Below, one piece after another: positions 1-20,700 of a DNA stretch of 64,000 bases. The notes beneath the pieces were generated by a model, which made no database searches, was not told the DNA's origin, and was given only the letters and a program-made list of their open reading frames with translations. How positions within the stretch are numbered: position 1 is the stretch's first letter; each line of letters begins with the position of its first letter. This stretch comes from Takakia lepidozioides. Taxonomy: Eukaryota; Plantae; Bryophyta. The position numbers and the translations under genes were made by a program. The DNA lies in contig CM060734.1 in NCBI GenBank assembly GCA_030704615.1, forward strand, positions 186,001 through 250,000, in the 5' to 3' direction.

Positions 1-1140
1 AATGTGAATTCCAAAAAATGTATTTTGAGAGATGGAAGCGGTTTTGTCGGCGGCAATGCCAGTACAGGAAGTCCTTGGACTAGCAAAATATCTGGGCATA
101 ACCTTGCCAAGCAAAGGCACGGGTGCCCTTGGGAGCATACACAAGGTAGTAGCCATGGGGGTATAGTGTGGTCCGGTGGGCGACCTTGGAACGTGCCTGC
201 ATTGATGAGGTTAAACCATCTGGATTTCGGATGTGAAGTGAGAATTTTGTGGAGTTGTCTAACCCTTGGTTATGTCTAGTTACCCGCAACCCATGAATTA
301 TGGGGTGGTTGCAGTAGAGAAGTAAGTGTGGCCATCTGTCTATTTGGGGATTTTGGGATGAACACAACATGCAGTGTTTATGAGGGTATAATAATGGTCA
401 GAACAAGTTCCGTCGTTGATTGCCCATGCATTGACCATACCGAAATTTCAGTGTTTGTTTGATTTGTGCACCAGTAACCCTAGGGGATGTCCAAAATGAT
501 TGGACATACTATGTAGCAGGTGCGGGGATGAGATCCACTTAGATATATAGGAATTTTTGTAGGTACGAGATTATTGTATAAGTAGTTTGGTCTCGCCCTT
601 AATGTGTGTGTGCAGGTTCCGTATATGTGCTATGGTCGGGAATCTAGCCCTTGCTGATATGAGCGAGAACGGGTATTGTGCGACCGGTGGATTGGGCTGG
701 TCGAGGGGTTCGTGATTGGCTGAATGGGACCAAGTTGGCAAGATGGTCTGCTATGTCATTACCTATTATGTCTGTGTGAGATCGAACTTTATGTATATGG
801 ATTTACAGCGGTAAAGCGGATACAATATCGACGATTCCTTTTATAAGTGTAATATTAGGATGGTGGATTTGTGATGATGGCTTGCAGATTTGGTTGGTGA
901 GAAGGTGTAGGGAGACCCGTAAATAAATAGTATGTGTAAGTAGGTTGGTGGGGGAGAGACTTGAGAGCATCATATATAGCCATAATCTCCGCTCGCAAGA
1001 TATTCTGGCGACCAGGGAGACGGCTATATATTTTGGTGTTGGTGCCAACCAAATATACACCATAACCCGCCTAGGCATCTTTTAAGGAGCCATCAGTATA
1101 TATGCAATTTTGTGGTGAGAATTTCAAGGTTGGCATAACA
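1..1140 (-). mobile_element. Decayed non-LTR retrotransposon 3' part (RNase H + Cys/His knuckle + restriction-like endonuclease), Dualen/RandI-like
   Basis: Minus-strand translation across frameshifts gives RNase H motifs CIYTDGS (~1085-1107), NILRAEIMAI and KVRSHTDIIGNDIAD (~745-790). HLLLxC..RHN follows, then a PD-(D/E)xK-like RLE segment ARLCPDILLVQG...KIHFLEFT (~4-110). Confidence 0.75.
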
Positions 1141-2312
1141 CCAGTCACTGCTACTGATGATGGCAGCCATGGCCGTGGATGGCCATCGCGCACGGAATCC
1201 GTTCTCGTGAACGGTGATGAATGTTACATCTCCATTCATGACAACGGATGTCATCATCCATCACCGTCACGGTGATGGGCTCTGTGACCCGTCGCAGTGG
1301 AGAAAAGACTCTCTATCAATGGTCAACCTACCTGTATTCCGTAGGGATGAGGATTTTCTGGGCCCGTCGATAGATCTGAGATGTTTGTCTTGTAGCCTAC
1401 CCCATTGTGCGTGTGCGGCGCATGAAAAAGAATGCACCAAAGATCCTACAATAGAGAGGATTCAAAATCTTAAAAAGTCGAGAATCATTCCCCGTAATTT
1501 CCTTGCCACGCAATAAAAAAGAGCGGTTTGTTTATTCGAATATTTGAAAGAATCTGAATGCGTACATACGTATACCCCTGCCCTCCGCTACGACCCCTCT
1601 CTCGAACATCATACCTCCCGTCAAAAGTCAGAGCTTTTCCTATAAACCTCAGATGTCGCATGCATTACTATAGAATACCTTGGGTATCTCCATCGATCAC
1701 TTGGTGCTAGTCAAAACTGTCCGCTTGAGGGCCACTACCTAATGTACCCTGGAATGGTCGAGCAGCAGCAGCGATAACGCTGTGTAAGACTTGGGGACCG
1801 GGCTGGCCTCGCTATGGAATACCAAATGCTCGACAATTTTACTATCATCTACAACCCTCGACAAATCAACCACTAGTGGTTGTAGATGATTTGTCCAGGG
1901 TTGATTTTTGGGCAAACGGTATTCGTTGGAATACCAAATGCCCATGTCTTCATCCCACTTGTTCAATGAATATTCTCTAATAGATTCTTAGATCCTTCAA
2001 ATTTATGCTTAGATGCTCTCATCTTTGATTTGTCGGGCATTTGGTACACGAAGAAATACCGTATGACCACGTCCCTCGACAAATCAACTTAGTTGTTCAC
2101 ACCACTTGTTGACAACATGGGTGTCAACAGCGTAGGTGGCGCCAACAAGGTTAGTGGCGCGAGGTTGTTGGCACAACCTAATTTCTGATAAATACATATA
2201 CATACGTATACGTAGAGGGTTTAGGGTCATTTGCATAATTCAAATATGATGAGACCTTGTCTTTAAGAATGTTGGACTATAACGTAATAATTTGATGATA
2301 TTTAAAGAACAA

Positions 2313-3600
2313 CTAGATCTAATATGTGGACGTATAATCTATAGTGTTCTAGTTTATTCGTATTACTTAGAATTTTTATATTATGATATGCAATAAAGTA
2401 TTGTGAATTAAAAAATCACAAAGGGGTAGAGATTGAATTAAAATATATCCTATAACAGCCTTATTAAATGCATATGAAATATCACAAGTCAGTGTTCACT
2501 CTTACATGTGTTTTCTATTATTATATTGGTCATTTATGTGTACATAGTCTCATAAGTAGAATATTTTCATTGTCCTGCAATAAGTTATTTTTAATTAAAA
2601 ATACAAGGATGTGTGAGACCGGATTATAAGAAAATAACAAATTTATTTTAAAATGCAGATAAGATTTTATAATTTAATATTCACTCATACACGCACTTGC
2701 TATTATTATTATTTATTTGTATCCCATGAATTCAAGAAGATTATGAGTAACCTATGCATAGGATGGATGCATAGGAATTGTGATAAAGAACAATTGGATC
2801 TAATAACATGTGTGCACGTATACTCTATAGTTTTCTAGTTTGTTCGTAATACTTGGAATTTTTGTATTGACAGATATGCAATGAAACATTTTTAACTAAA
2901 AATAATTACAAATATGTGACAGATCCAATTTATTCTATAACAGCCTTCATAAATGCATATAAAATATCACAATTCCCTGTTCATTCTTACATGTACCTTC
3001 TATTATTATATTGATCATTTATGTATACAGAGTCTCATAAGTAGAATATTTTTCATTGTCGTGCATAAGTTGTTTTAAATTTTTAAAAAACACATGGATT
3101 TGGGAGATCAAATTGAAAAATGAATAGCAAATATCATTTTAATATGTATATTCGATTTTATAATTCAATATTCATTCTAAGTTCTAACATGCACCTCCTA
3201 TTATTATATTGATCATTTATGTGTATCGCATGAACTCAAAAATATCCTGAGTGACCTATACATAGGCTGCATGATTTAGAGATGATGTATAGATATATAG
3301 TCAATGCATTTCTGTACTTAAATACTTATAAATGTTTGAAATATTGTGTTCATAAAACTTAAGAATGTTTTGTATTGCTAGACATGCAATGCAATGTTCT
3401 CAATAAAAAATCACAAGGATGTGACAAACGAAATATAAAAGATTATATAGCATCATTTATAAATACATATAATATTTAACAATTTAATTTTCATTTCTAC
3501 AATGTACATGACACATGTACCCCCCAATATTATGTAGGTCATTTATAATAAATATATCATATAACCAAGATGAAGTACTTATACAAACAAGCAACGTCAC
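2313..3600. repeat. AT-rich degenerate tandem duplication, ~480-bp period
   Basis: gatctaata..gtggacgtata..ctatagt.ttctagttt.ttcgta.tactt occurs at ~2317 and ~2797. tctcataagtagaatatttt occurs at ~2548 and ~3033. A third partial unit lies near 3350-3550. Confidence 0.65.
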
Positions 3601-5058
3601 AAAATATATATATGTATATATATTGCAAATGACAACATGTCACTTGTAAATATTGTGTGCTTTTTCTTCATGGAACTATTGTCTTCTCCACTAGACTACA
3701 CAAAGCAATGCCCACCCACCTAAATCCCAAAAACAATGTTTCTTTGCACATTGAAATACTAAAACCCAAAAGTAAATGAATGGGCGGGGTCTACCTATAT
3801 CACATGGCTAGGAATGACATGTAGTTCAATTAAAAATATCTTCTTCAATTAATGTTACATTATGGCCCTGTTTAGGTTAATTTTTTCCTCTATCTTTTAA
3901 TTTGAGTAACTCAGCCTTTGTCCCGTTTGGATGGAGTTGCATCTGATTGATGCTCTGGAGTTCTCGTGTTGTCTGGACATGTCACAACTCTCTAGCACTT
4001 ATGGAAAAGCTGTTGTAAGCGTGTCCAATCCCATAAAAGATCCGCCGACCACAATAGCTTTGCACATGATTTTTTGTTTATATGTTAGTTAAAGGAGATA
4101 AAACGAGGGATGTGTGTTTTGCATCTATTAGATTAGATATTTTGAAAAGAGACAATCAATTCTTCTTCATGATTTCAACTCCTCGTGGGACTGGTGCAAC
4201 ATCCTTTGCATGTGACATTCTGATTCACACGCAGATTGGTCCTCCAACTTTCTGGACGGCTAGAGGCTCTCATATTAATTTGTGGAATTCTTCTACACAC
4301 CCCGGCGACTAGAGACTTAGGCATCGTACAAATATGAACTGAAAACCACGCTGCAACGTGGCGGGTGGTAGTGAAAATGCATTTGAATTTTGAGCCATTT
4401 GTAGGAAACGCTTGATGTCTGTCACCTAATCCACTACAATGAATTATTGAGGTTAATAATTCTTTGTCAAGAAAATAATTAAAAATATTTATGAATTCAT
4501 TTCTTATGTATATAAAATATTATATAGCATCATTCATAAATACATACAAGACTTAACAAATTCAATTTTACATAACGGCGCCCAGTTCATGCCACATCCT
4601 CATGCATAATTCCATTGTCATTGTTGTCCTCATCATCGGAGACCGCCATTTCAGACGGGGTCGGGTCCCTTTGATACGCACCCCCCTCCGAAGGAACAAA
4701 ATCCCGGTTCATGACAAGATCATGAACTTCATGAATTAACGTCGTGGGGTTGTGGCCGGCATCCTAAGATGCCAAAAACAACCAAGTCATTATCAGTTTC
4801 CATACATGGCGTTGTTCATTATCATACAGGATAAAACCCAAAGTACACATTATATACACGAGGGAAATACATACATTGCTTCACCACATGAAGGAGACAC
4901 TATATAATTCAAAATACCCAAATTCACATATAACGTCCACCCAAACTCCCTTTGAATATAGCATGAAAAACTGCATCCAAATACACATAAATGCCTATGT
5001 ATATATATACACGGTGGAAGTAGTCACCTCAATGTACAAAATGTCTTCCTACGTCCAT

Positions 5059-5499
5059 CTACACATGATGAAACTCGGCTAACGCATCCCCGTCATGGCA
5101 CTCATCCCAAAACACGTTGGCGGTGTGGCCCGGCGGTAAGGTAACTGAACTGTTGATGAGCCCAGCCACGTTGCCGTACACATCGGGGTTTCCGTCACAA
5201 TAAATATGGGCTTTGTGGCCAAAACTTCTCGCCCTTACATCATTGTCGTTCACAACAAGGATGTAAGGATGGATCAAGGACCCAAGGCCGTGTGTCTGCA
5301 ATAATTGCCACTCCCAGTGGGTGTACCTCGGCCCAAAATAGGGGAACAAATCCACAGAATCCTCTCCTCCCCCCAAAACTACATCCTCTATAAAAAAAAA
5401 TCCACGACCCATACTAGGGTTCATTGCCTCCATCACGCAATACATGCGACCCCAAAAAAGAAAGGGCTCACCCTCGGGAATCGGAACTGGACAAGGCAC
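5059..5499 (-). pseudogene. SET-domain-like fragment
   Basis: GRGFFFIEDV...LFPYFGP...YCDG...GNVAGLINSS resembles the SET motifs GxGLFA/YxG/D..GNxARFINHS. The C-terminal ELxxDY motif is not seen. Confidence 0.45.
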
Positions 5500-5559
5500 A
5501 AGATATTGGTAGAAATGGGGTTGGACTCCCTAGCACCACGATGACGTATGGTGCCGTCA

Positions 5560-6141
5560 TCAGGCCGGTGGGTGGCCGCCCTCCTCTCCCCTTCTCTCTC
5601 CCCTTCGCAAAGGCACCTAGTCGCCGCCAAGGTTTTCCGGTGGGGTCGCCACACTGGCGCGCCGCGGCTGCACTGACCGCCGCTCACTCCCCCTCTCAAT
5701 CTCTCTCTCTGATCTCTCTCTCCCTCACCCTCCTCCTCTCACTCTTCCTCCCTCCCCTCCCTCCATCCCTACTTTGATTTTTTTGCTCTCCAGCTCTCCC
5801 GGGCGCAACTACCCCCGCGCGCCGGAGCGTTTTCCGACGGCGGTGACGCAGCACTGATGCGCCATGGCATTCAAACCCGCGCGCGCCCTCTCTCACACTC
5901 TCCCTCTCGCCCTAATCCCTCTCCCTCACTCTCTCTCTCTTGCTCTCTCTCTCCCTCTTCTATCTCTTTTTGTTTTTTTTTGCTGTTTGAGCGAGCTGGG
6001 AGCGCGCCCCGTGACCTGCTGGTGGAGCGCCAGCCGAACGCCAGCGCCGCGGGAGGGATCGGCAGCGTGAAGGAGCTGCCGCGTGAGGGAGCTGCCCCTC
6101 CCTCTCTTTCTCTCTCTCTCATTCTCCCTCTTAGCTCTCAC
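5560..6141. repeat. GC-rich, (CT)n-rich low-complexity repeat abutting the last traced helicase exon
   Basis: Several (CT)n tracts (5690-5770, 5885-5965, 6095-6140) are interleaved with GC-rich segments. Confidence 0.5.
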
Positions 6142-14726
<8,585 letters not shown>

Positions 14727-15200
14727 TGATTCTGCATCCAGAGGCATCCACCACACACAAACCCCAAACCTTCCTCGCACCTTTGTTTGCTCTTCTCGTG
14801 CTTTTTTAGGGTTTTCTCGTTTTCCCCTCCGGACATGGAACTCTTGTTATTAGCTCTTAAAAAAGACAATATTGGGTGATCTTGGGTTCAACCCTACAAA
14901 CCACCTCTCTTAGGATGGGGTTTGTATGCGAATTTGTATGCAAGTAAAGGGTTACTCTTCCATCCACTTGAGATCGAAGTTGGGTTTGTATAGGGGAAGT
15001 TCCCATCCGAGGGCCTACCACGGTGTGAGGGGAGTAGTCCGAGGGCATAGCCCGAGTACATGGATGCTAGATCATGAGCGGTGAGCCTGAGCTCACGTGA
15101 GCGGTGGCTGCCTCACGATTTTTTATAAAAGGTACTGTACCTATTTCCGCGGATGGCACCTACAACCGCTAGTGGGATTTCCCTGAAGGCATGCCAGTGG

Positions 15201-15608
15201 TCGGCTGGTCCGACATTTGGTCAACGACTACATCCCATGGTCGAAGATAAAATCAATTACCGTGGCTATGGTGGGCCAATGAATCTCCTCCTCCGACAAC
15301 CCATGAAGGATCGTAACAGTCTTGGGAGGGTGAAGTTAGGGCAGACGGAGCGTGATTGCATGCTTGGCCATGGAGCTTCAGCTACCCTGCAAGAACGCTA
15401 CTTTCTTGTTAGCGATCCCTACAAATTGAACATATGTTCGATATGCCGGCTGTCAGCCAGCATGGATACAACACAAAGACCGAAGTCCCGCTTTTGCAAA
15501 AGTGGCAAGCACATCGTGCAAATTCAAATCCCCTATGCCTGCAAATTGCTTTACCAGGAACTCTCAAGCATTGGCATCAGTGTGTACCTGGATACTGAGC
15601 TCTGCTGA
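15201..15608 (+). pseudogene. Intronless C-terminal fragment of RNA polymerase IV/V second-largest subunit (NRPD2/NRPE2-like), diverged
   Basis: GPTFGQRL.PMVEDK, RQP..DR...G.VKLGQTERDC..HGASA.LQER and IPYACKLLYQEL are present. The DTELC C-terminus resembles NRPD2 (DTKLC). The conserved GEMERD is mutated and no upstream exons are visible. Confidence 0.8.
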
Positions 15609-15761
15609 ATGACTTGTTTGTCACTGACAAGGTTATATGAAGAGCACAGTTGCCAAAGATGCTACCGATTACTGTGATTTTGATAGTGGGCACAATTAAG
15701 ATGAGTAATTTGGGGAAAAGAGGTCTAGTGGAAGGTCTTACTTGCTGGTGTTATTGAGAAG

Positions 15762-15879
15762 TGCATGTTTGGCCATGAAGCTTCAGCTACCCTGCAAGAA
15801 CGCTACTTTCTTGTTAACGATCCCTACAAATTGAACATATATTCGATATGTCGGCTACCAGTCAGCATGGATACAACAC
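15762..15879 (+). pseudogene. Second, shorter copy of the NRPD2-like fragment, cut by an LTR
   Basis: Near-identical to 15357-15472 (tgcatg.ttggccatg.agcttcagctaccctgcaagaacgc...atggatacaacac). Confidence 0.8.
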
Positions 15880-16407
15880 TGTCGTGCGCATACGTATCGC
15901 TATACAACTACATCGCTGTCCAAACCACACCACACATATATGCACAATAAAGTAGTCTGCCACAATTGATATAAAAACTAAACTCACACTGGCTGTTGAC
16001 ACAAAACACGAAATACAATATAATCACTCGTTAAAATAAGAGTCAAGCTAGGGGCACCCCAAGCTATGGGGACTCCACGCCACAACATCCTACTCTCCCT
16101 CCATAATTACACTCAGATGCTAAGCAACGAGGGAGCTCGGTCGTGCAGGCTCAACTCGAGAGAGATGAGCCGCACGACTGACGAGCTCGTGAAGATAAGA
16201 TGGTTCAGGTGTCAAGCTAAACTTGACACCTAACTTAACACTTGAACTAATTCCAAGTGTTAAATACAAATAACTAGATTTATTCTAGTTAGTTTCACAC
16301 TGTGTTTATTTAACATGACAGCTGTCGTGCGCATACGTATCGCTACACAACTACATCGTTGTCCTAACCACACCACACATATATGCACAATAAAGTAGTC
16401 TGTCACA
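15880..16407. repeat. LTR-like sequence (TGTCGTG...CATGACA, 15880-16320) plus a partial second copy (16323-16402)
   Basis: TG...CA inverted ends and an 80-bp direct repeat (15880-15959 / 16323-16402). A polypurine-tract-like AGGGGGA lies on the minus strand at 16413-16419. Confidence 0.6.
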
Positions 16408-19400
16408 ATCGTCCCCCTAGTTGGTGGTTAGGTCCCTCTAACTCCAGATAGCTACAAGATGTAATAGCCACAACCGTACTAAGTCCTCTATCACTGTCCC
16501 TATTGTACTCAAACTCTATAGACCAAGAGGCCGGGTACAAGAGCAGCCCCATCGTTAGTCGCCGTCTTGCAATCTGTGAAACTTGAGCCAGGATCTCGTG
16601 TGTTGGTCTCCTAGTAGCTTGGCCTTGCATTTCTTGTTAGCCTTCCATGGTTGTATCCACTCCCACGTCCTACAGTCACATCCAGGGTCGTTGGAGCAGT
16701 TTGCTGCAGATAAACATAGTCACCTAGGTGAAATCTCCGAACCCCAGGACGATAGCCCCCACCACGTATGGTAGCATACCTCAACGTATCACGATGTTGT
16801 GCAATGGCAAGGTTCTTGAAAGCCAGGGGCATGACTTTCTAAACAAACTCCGCGCGCTGACCACATGCACGTGCCCACACGTCCAGATCGTCAAGATTGA
16901 GGACTATTGTAGCCTCTCTACGAATAGATGTAGGCAAGTCTGGCTCTCGGCCCAAAGAGAAGGAAATAAGGGTGAGAACGAGACAAGTAATGCGTGCTTG
17001 ATAAACCTGTAGCCCATGGCTAACCAGGGTAACTGAAGGTCCCAATCTCCTAGGGTCCCTTCTGCAAGCCATACTTGCGCAAACCCCTCTTCACTGTCTG
17101 AACACAACCCTCTCTGCAAAGCATCGGCCTCAGGATGATCCCGAGAAGTTAGTAGTGCGGTGGTCTATCAAGGCTTTGTCACACAATGCCTGATGTGAAA
17201 CTCCCCAAGAACTCTCTCCCTTGGTCCGTGAGTACCTCAGCGGGAGCAAGAATCGGCTAAGTACATGATCCAAGAATGCATACGTAGCCCCCCTCACTAG
17301 CTTATCAGGCAATGGAACCAATTCGATTCACTTGGAGAAGTGCTTCCACCATAACCAACACGTATTGTTGTGGCGATATGGTCAGTGGCAACGGCCCTGC
17401 GAAAGTCTATACTCCACATGTAGCCCAATCCCATGATCGGAAGAGGGTGCAATTGTGGTGAAGGGGCGTGGAATGAAGCACGCACCCTGTCACACACCAT
17501 GCACCCAGCCACAAATTGTTGCACTTTTGTGTGCATATCACACCCACAATACTGCCATTTGTAGTAGACTATGAGTGCATCGCACCCCAAAATGCCCCCC
17601 AATCCTCATGGGCATGTGCCCGCTGTTTTGGGTGAGGACAAATCCTCACTTGACCATCCTCCCACCTCGGAGCAGGTGTGTCCCCTCCCACTTGAACCTC
17701 TTGGCTCGTTGAAGGATCCGATCCTCTCCTTGGCAGTCACAGTGGCTGCCGTGTCTCCAGTGCGGAGATAGTCCAACACAGCTGAATCCTCATGTATATC
17801 TTTGGCGACACCTTGCTCATTGTTGGCCTCAGGATCCTCAGACACTCGGTCTACAGTCATCCCTGTTGTAGGTCCAACTTGGCCTTCGCTGCCAAGATAC
17901 ACAGAAATGCAGATGAATGTCATCCGGGCACCATTCCCCTAGTCCGTTTCACCATGCCACCGAGCTCCAGTGTCATCCTGCTGGCTCATGCATGGATTGC
18001 CGACTCCAACCCATCCGCATCCGAGTGATTGACCAAACCCGGTCGATGCACAACCTGAAAGTCACACTCTTGAAGTATGAGTGCCCACCGTGCAAGCTTC
18101 CCCGTAAGCTTGTTTGACTCCATCAACCACTTGAGTGGCTGGTGATCCATGACAAGGGTGAAGAGATTGCCGCTATAGATAGACCTGAAGTGTGTCACGG
18201 CCCACACTGCCAGCTAAGCACTTCTCCCTCATATGAGCTATACTTAGCTCTCTGCAGCGTTGTGCGAGCGGCTAGCATAAGCCACTACGCGAACTCTCTT
18301 CCCTCATCATCCACCTGTGTGAGCACCGCCTCCAAGCCCCAACATTGCTCCAATATGTATGCAGCTGAAAAGGACGCCCCTTGGATAGGTCGTCTCAAGA
18401 TGGGCGCCGAGGTCAACCTCGCCTTGAGCTCTTGAAAAGCTCGTTCTTGCTCATGTTCCCACCGCCACTCCCGGTTCACCTTGGTCAGCTTGGTTAGAGC
18501 CTTTGCAATGGCACTAAATCCCTTGACAACCCATCTATAATGGTTTGCCAACCCATGAAAGCTCGAACTCGGTCACATCCGTGGGGCGTGGAATCTGTTG
18601 CAATGGCCTATACCTCTAGTATGTTGTACCCCCAATCCTCCAGGATGTATCATGTGACCCAGATACTCAATATGGTTGTGGAAAAACTTGCATTTCCCCG
18701 GATGTAACTTCAATCCATGGCACCCTCAAGCGCTCAAATACCACATGAAGGTGCCTCTCATGCTCCTCCACCGTAGCATAAAGATGATGATGTCCATGTA
18801 GCACCGAGCAAACTCCACCCATGCTAGAATCCTGTCCAGACTCTCTGAAATCTACAGGAGTGTTCTTAAGCCCAAATGGTAAGAACCGCCACTGGTTTTA
18901 TAAGGCAACCTTCCCGTGCTCATTGATCCCCCAGAATGTCGTCTTCTGCTTATCCGCCTCCTTGATCGGCAACTGGTGATATCCGGATCGTAAATCCAAA
19001 GTGCTAAAGACCTTGGCATGCCAATGGCATCAAAGATCTCCTCTGGTGTTGGCAATGGCATACCTACGGAGTGGTCTGACGATTTACAGGCCGGTTAATC
19101 ACCGTATATACGTCTCTCCGTCTAATTGCCATAGACATCCTCTTGGCTGGCATCACTGTGCGGAAGCATAATCTCCACCAGATAGCTCACCAACACAGCC
19201 TCCCAGAGGTCCTGAGTTCTCATCTGAATCAAGGACCTCCATGTCACTGTATCTATAGGATATCCGAAAGATTGGCGTGTCAGTGGCCAATTCAATGCGA
19301 ATCTCTTGACCCTTCAGTGCTCCTAAGTTCTTCACACTAAAGGCAAAGCAGAACCTGTAAGCCCTCAAGAACCGCCGTATCCGTCGTCTCTCTCACAAGT

Positions 19401-20700
19401 AATATAGGTCCAACATCAGGCTCCCAATTATCCTCCGTGACTGCCAACCTTGAGTCCAGCAGGCTTAGAGGTAGAAGACGCATCTCGTGGTTGCTATGCT
19501 GCACCTCTTGAGCAGTGACCACTGCCTGCTCTGTCAGTGACAATGTCTCATCCTGCCCCATCATCCCATCATTGAGGACCTCCTCACCCGAGAGAAATCC
19601 CCAACCTCACATCCACCGTCGCCTTGGCTGCCAACTCCCTCTGAACCTCGGGCACCTCCCACGTGAGCCATGGATGTGGCCTGCACCTTATGGTCCTCAC
19701 ATGTTTGCCCCCACTTGATGCATGTACCATCTCGGTAGGCAGAGAGACCATCAAGGGAAGTGTACTCCGTACTCTGCGCTGCTCAGCCATAGCTAAGCTG
19801 ATAATCCAGGTCAAGGCAATGGAGATCCATTGCTTGCCCCAACACCTGACGACGTGATGCTCAGGAAAGAGATGGCACCGCAGTGGTACCAGTGGTTAAA
19901 ACCATCGCTTCCGCTCGCGCTCGTCATAATGGGGCCTCCACAATTGCTGTAACTGGCTATCCAACAAGAGGCCAGGTTCCACAATCTCGGAAGCATGAGA
20001 TCCTGCGAAAGCTGAGCAGTGTAGGCAATGTTGCTCATGGGTGACCCACCTTATTGAACACTGCCAAAGATGATTGGTCATCGTGTCTGACACGCTGAGA
20101 CTGCCTCCTTATGTCCAAAATGCTATCCACCGTCAGGTTGGTGGCCGCTGCACCCCATCAAATGCACGTTTGAGCCAATGCAGGTGGCATTCAAGTTGGT
20201 CCACATAGTCGTGGGCGATGAGCCCGTGACCCCACTGCAGCTGCATCCAGCAACACTGCTAACCCAAGCCAAGACCGCATTTGATGCACACAGCCATCAC
20301 CTTAGCCCGGAGAATCACCCATCAATGGCACATTCACCAAGATATATGCCGGAGAGTCTGTCTGATGAAGCTGAAAATAACGCAGGACCCTCAACATCTC
20401 CCAAAACAGGCATGACCTTGAGTCTTGTAACGCATTGCCCCAACCTGCCACTACCAAGTGAATAGGGCCAACCCGCTCCAAATCATGCACCCCCAGCAAA
20501 GAGATGTTTGCTGGCAAGGCTTGTTGTATCCACGAACTGCAGACAATGGCAACAAATCAGGGATTACGCTGCACCAACTGAGCAACATGGCACAATGAGA
20601 TGCGTTGTGCGTCTCATCCCTCTCCATTATTCAGGTAACGTCGAAACTCGTACACCTGCCTGCAGCACTTCAGCCAATCCAGTGCTAATCCCGCAAACAA
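16408..20700 (-). mobile_element. Heavily frameshifted Ty3/Gypsy internal region (protease-RT-RNase H-integrase)
   Basis: Fragments include PLPTPEEIFDAIG (RT), FSAIAKALTKLT and WAVTHFR..FTLVMDHQPLKWL..LARWAL (RNase H), and CMVCDR/LHPLPI..WSIDF (integrase). The domain order is Gypsy-type. Confidence 0.85.

Noticed and set aside
15153-15608. Functional RNA polymerase subunit gene
   Set aside because: Only the last ~135 aa are present, conserved residues are altered, and there is no room for upstream exons before the helicase gene.
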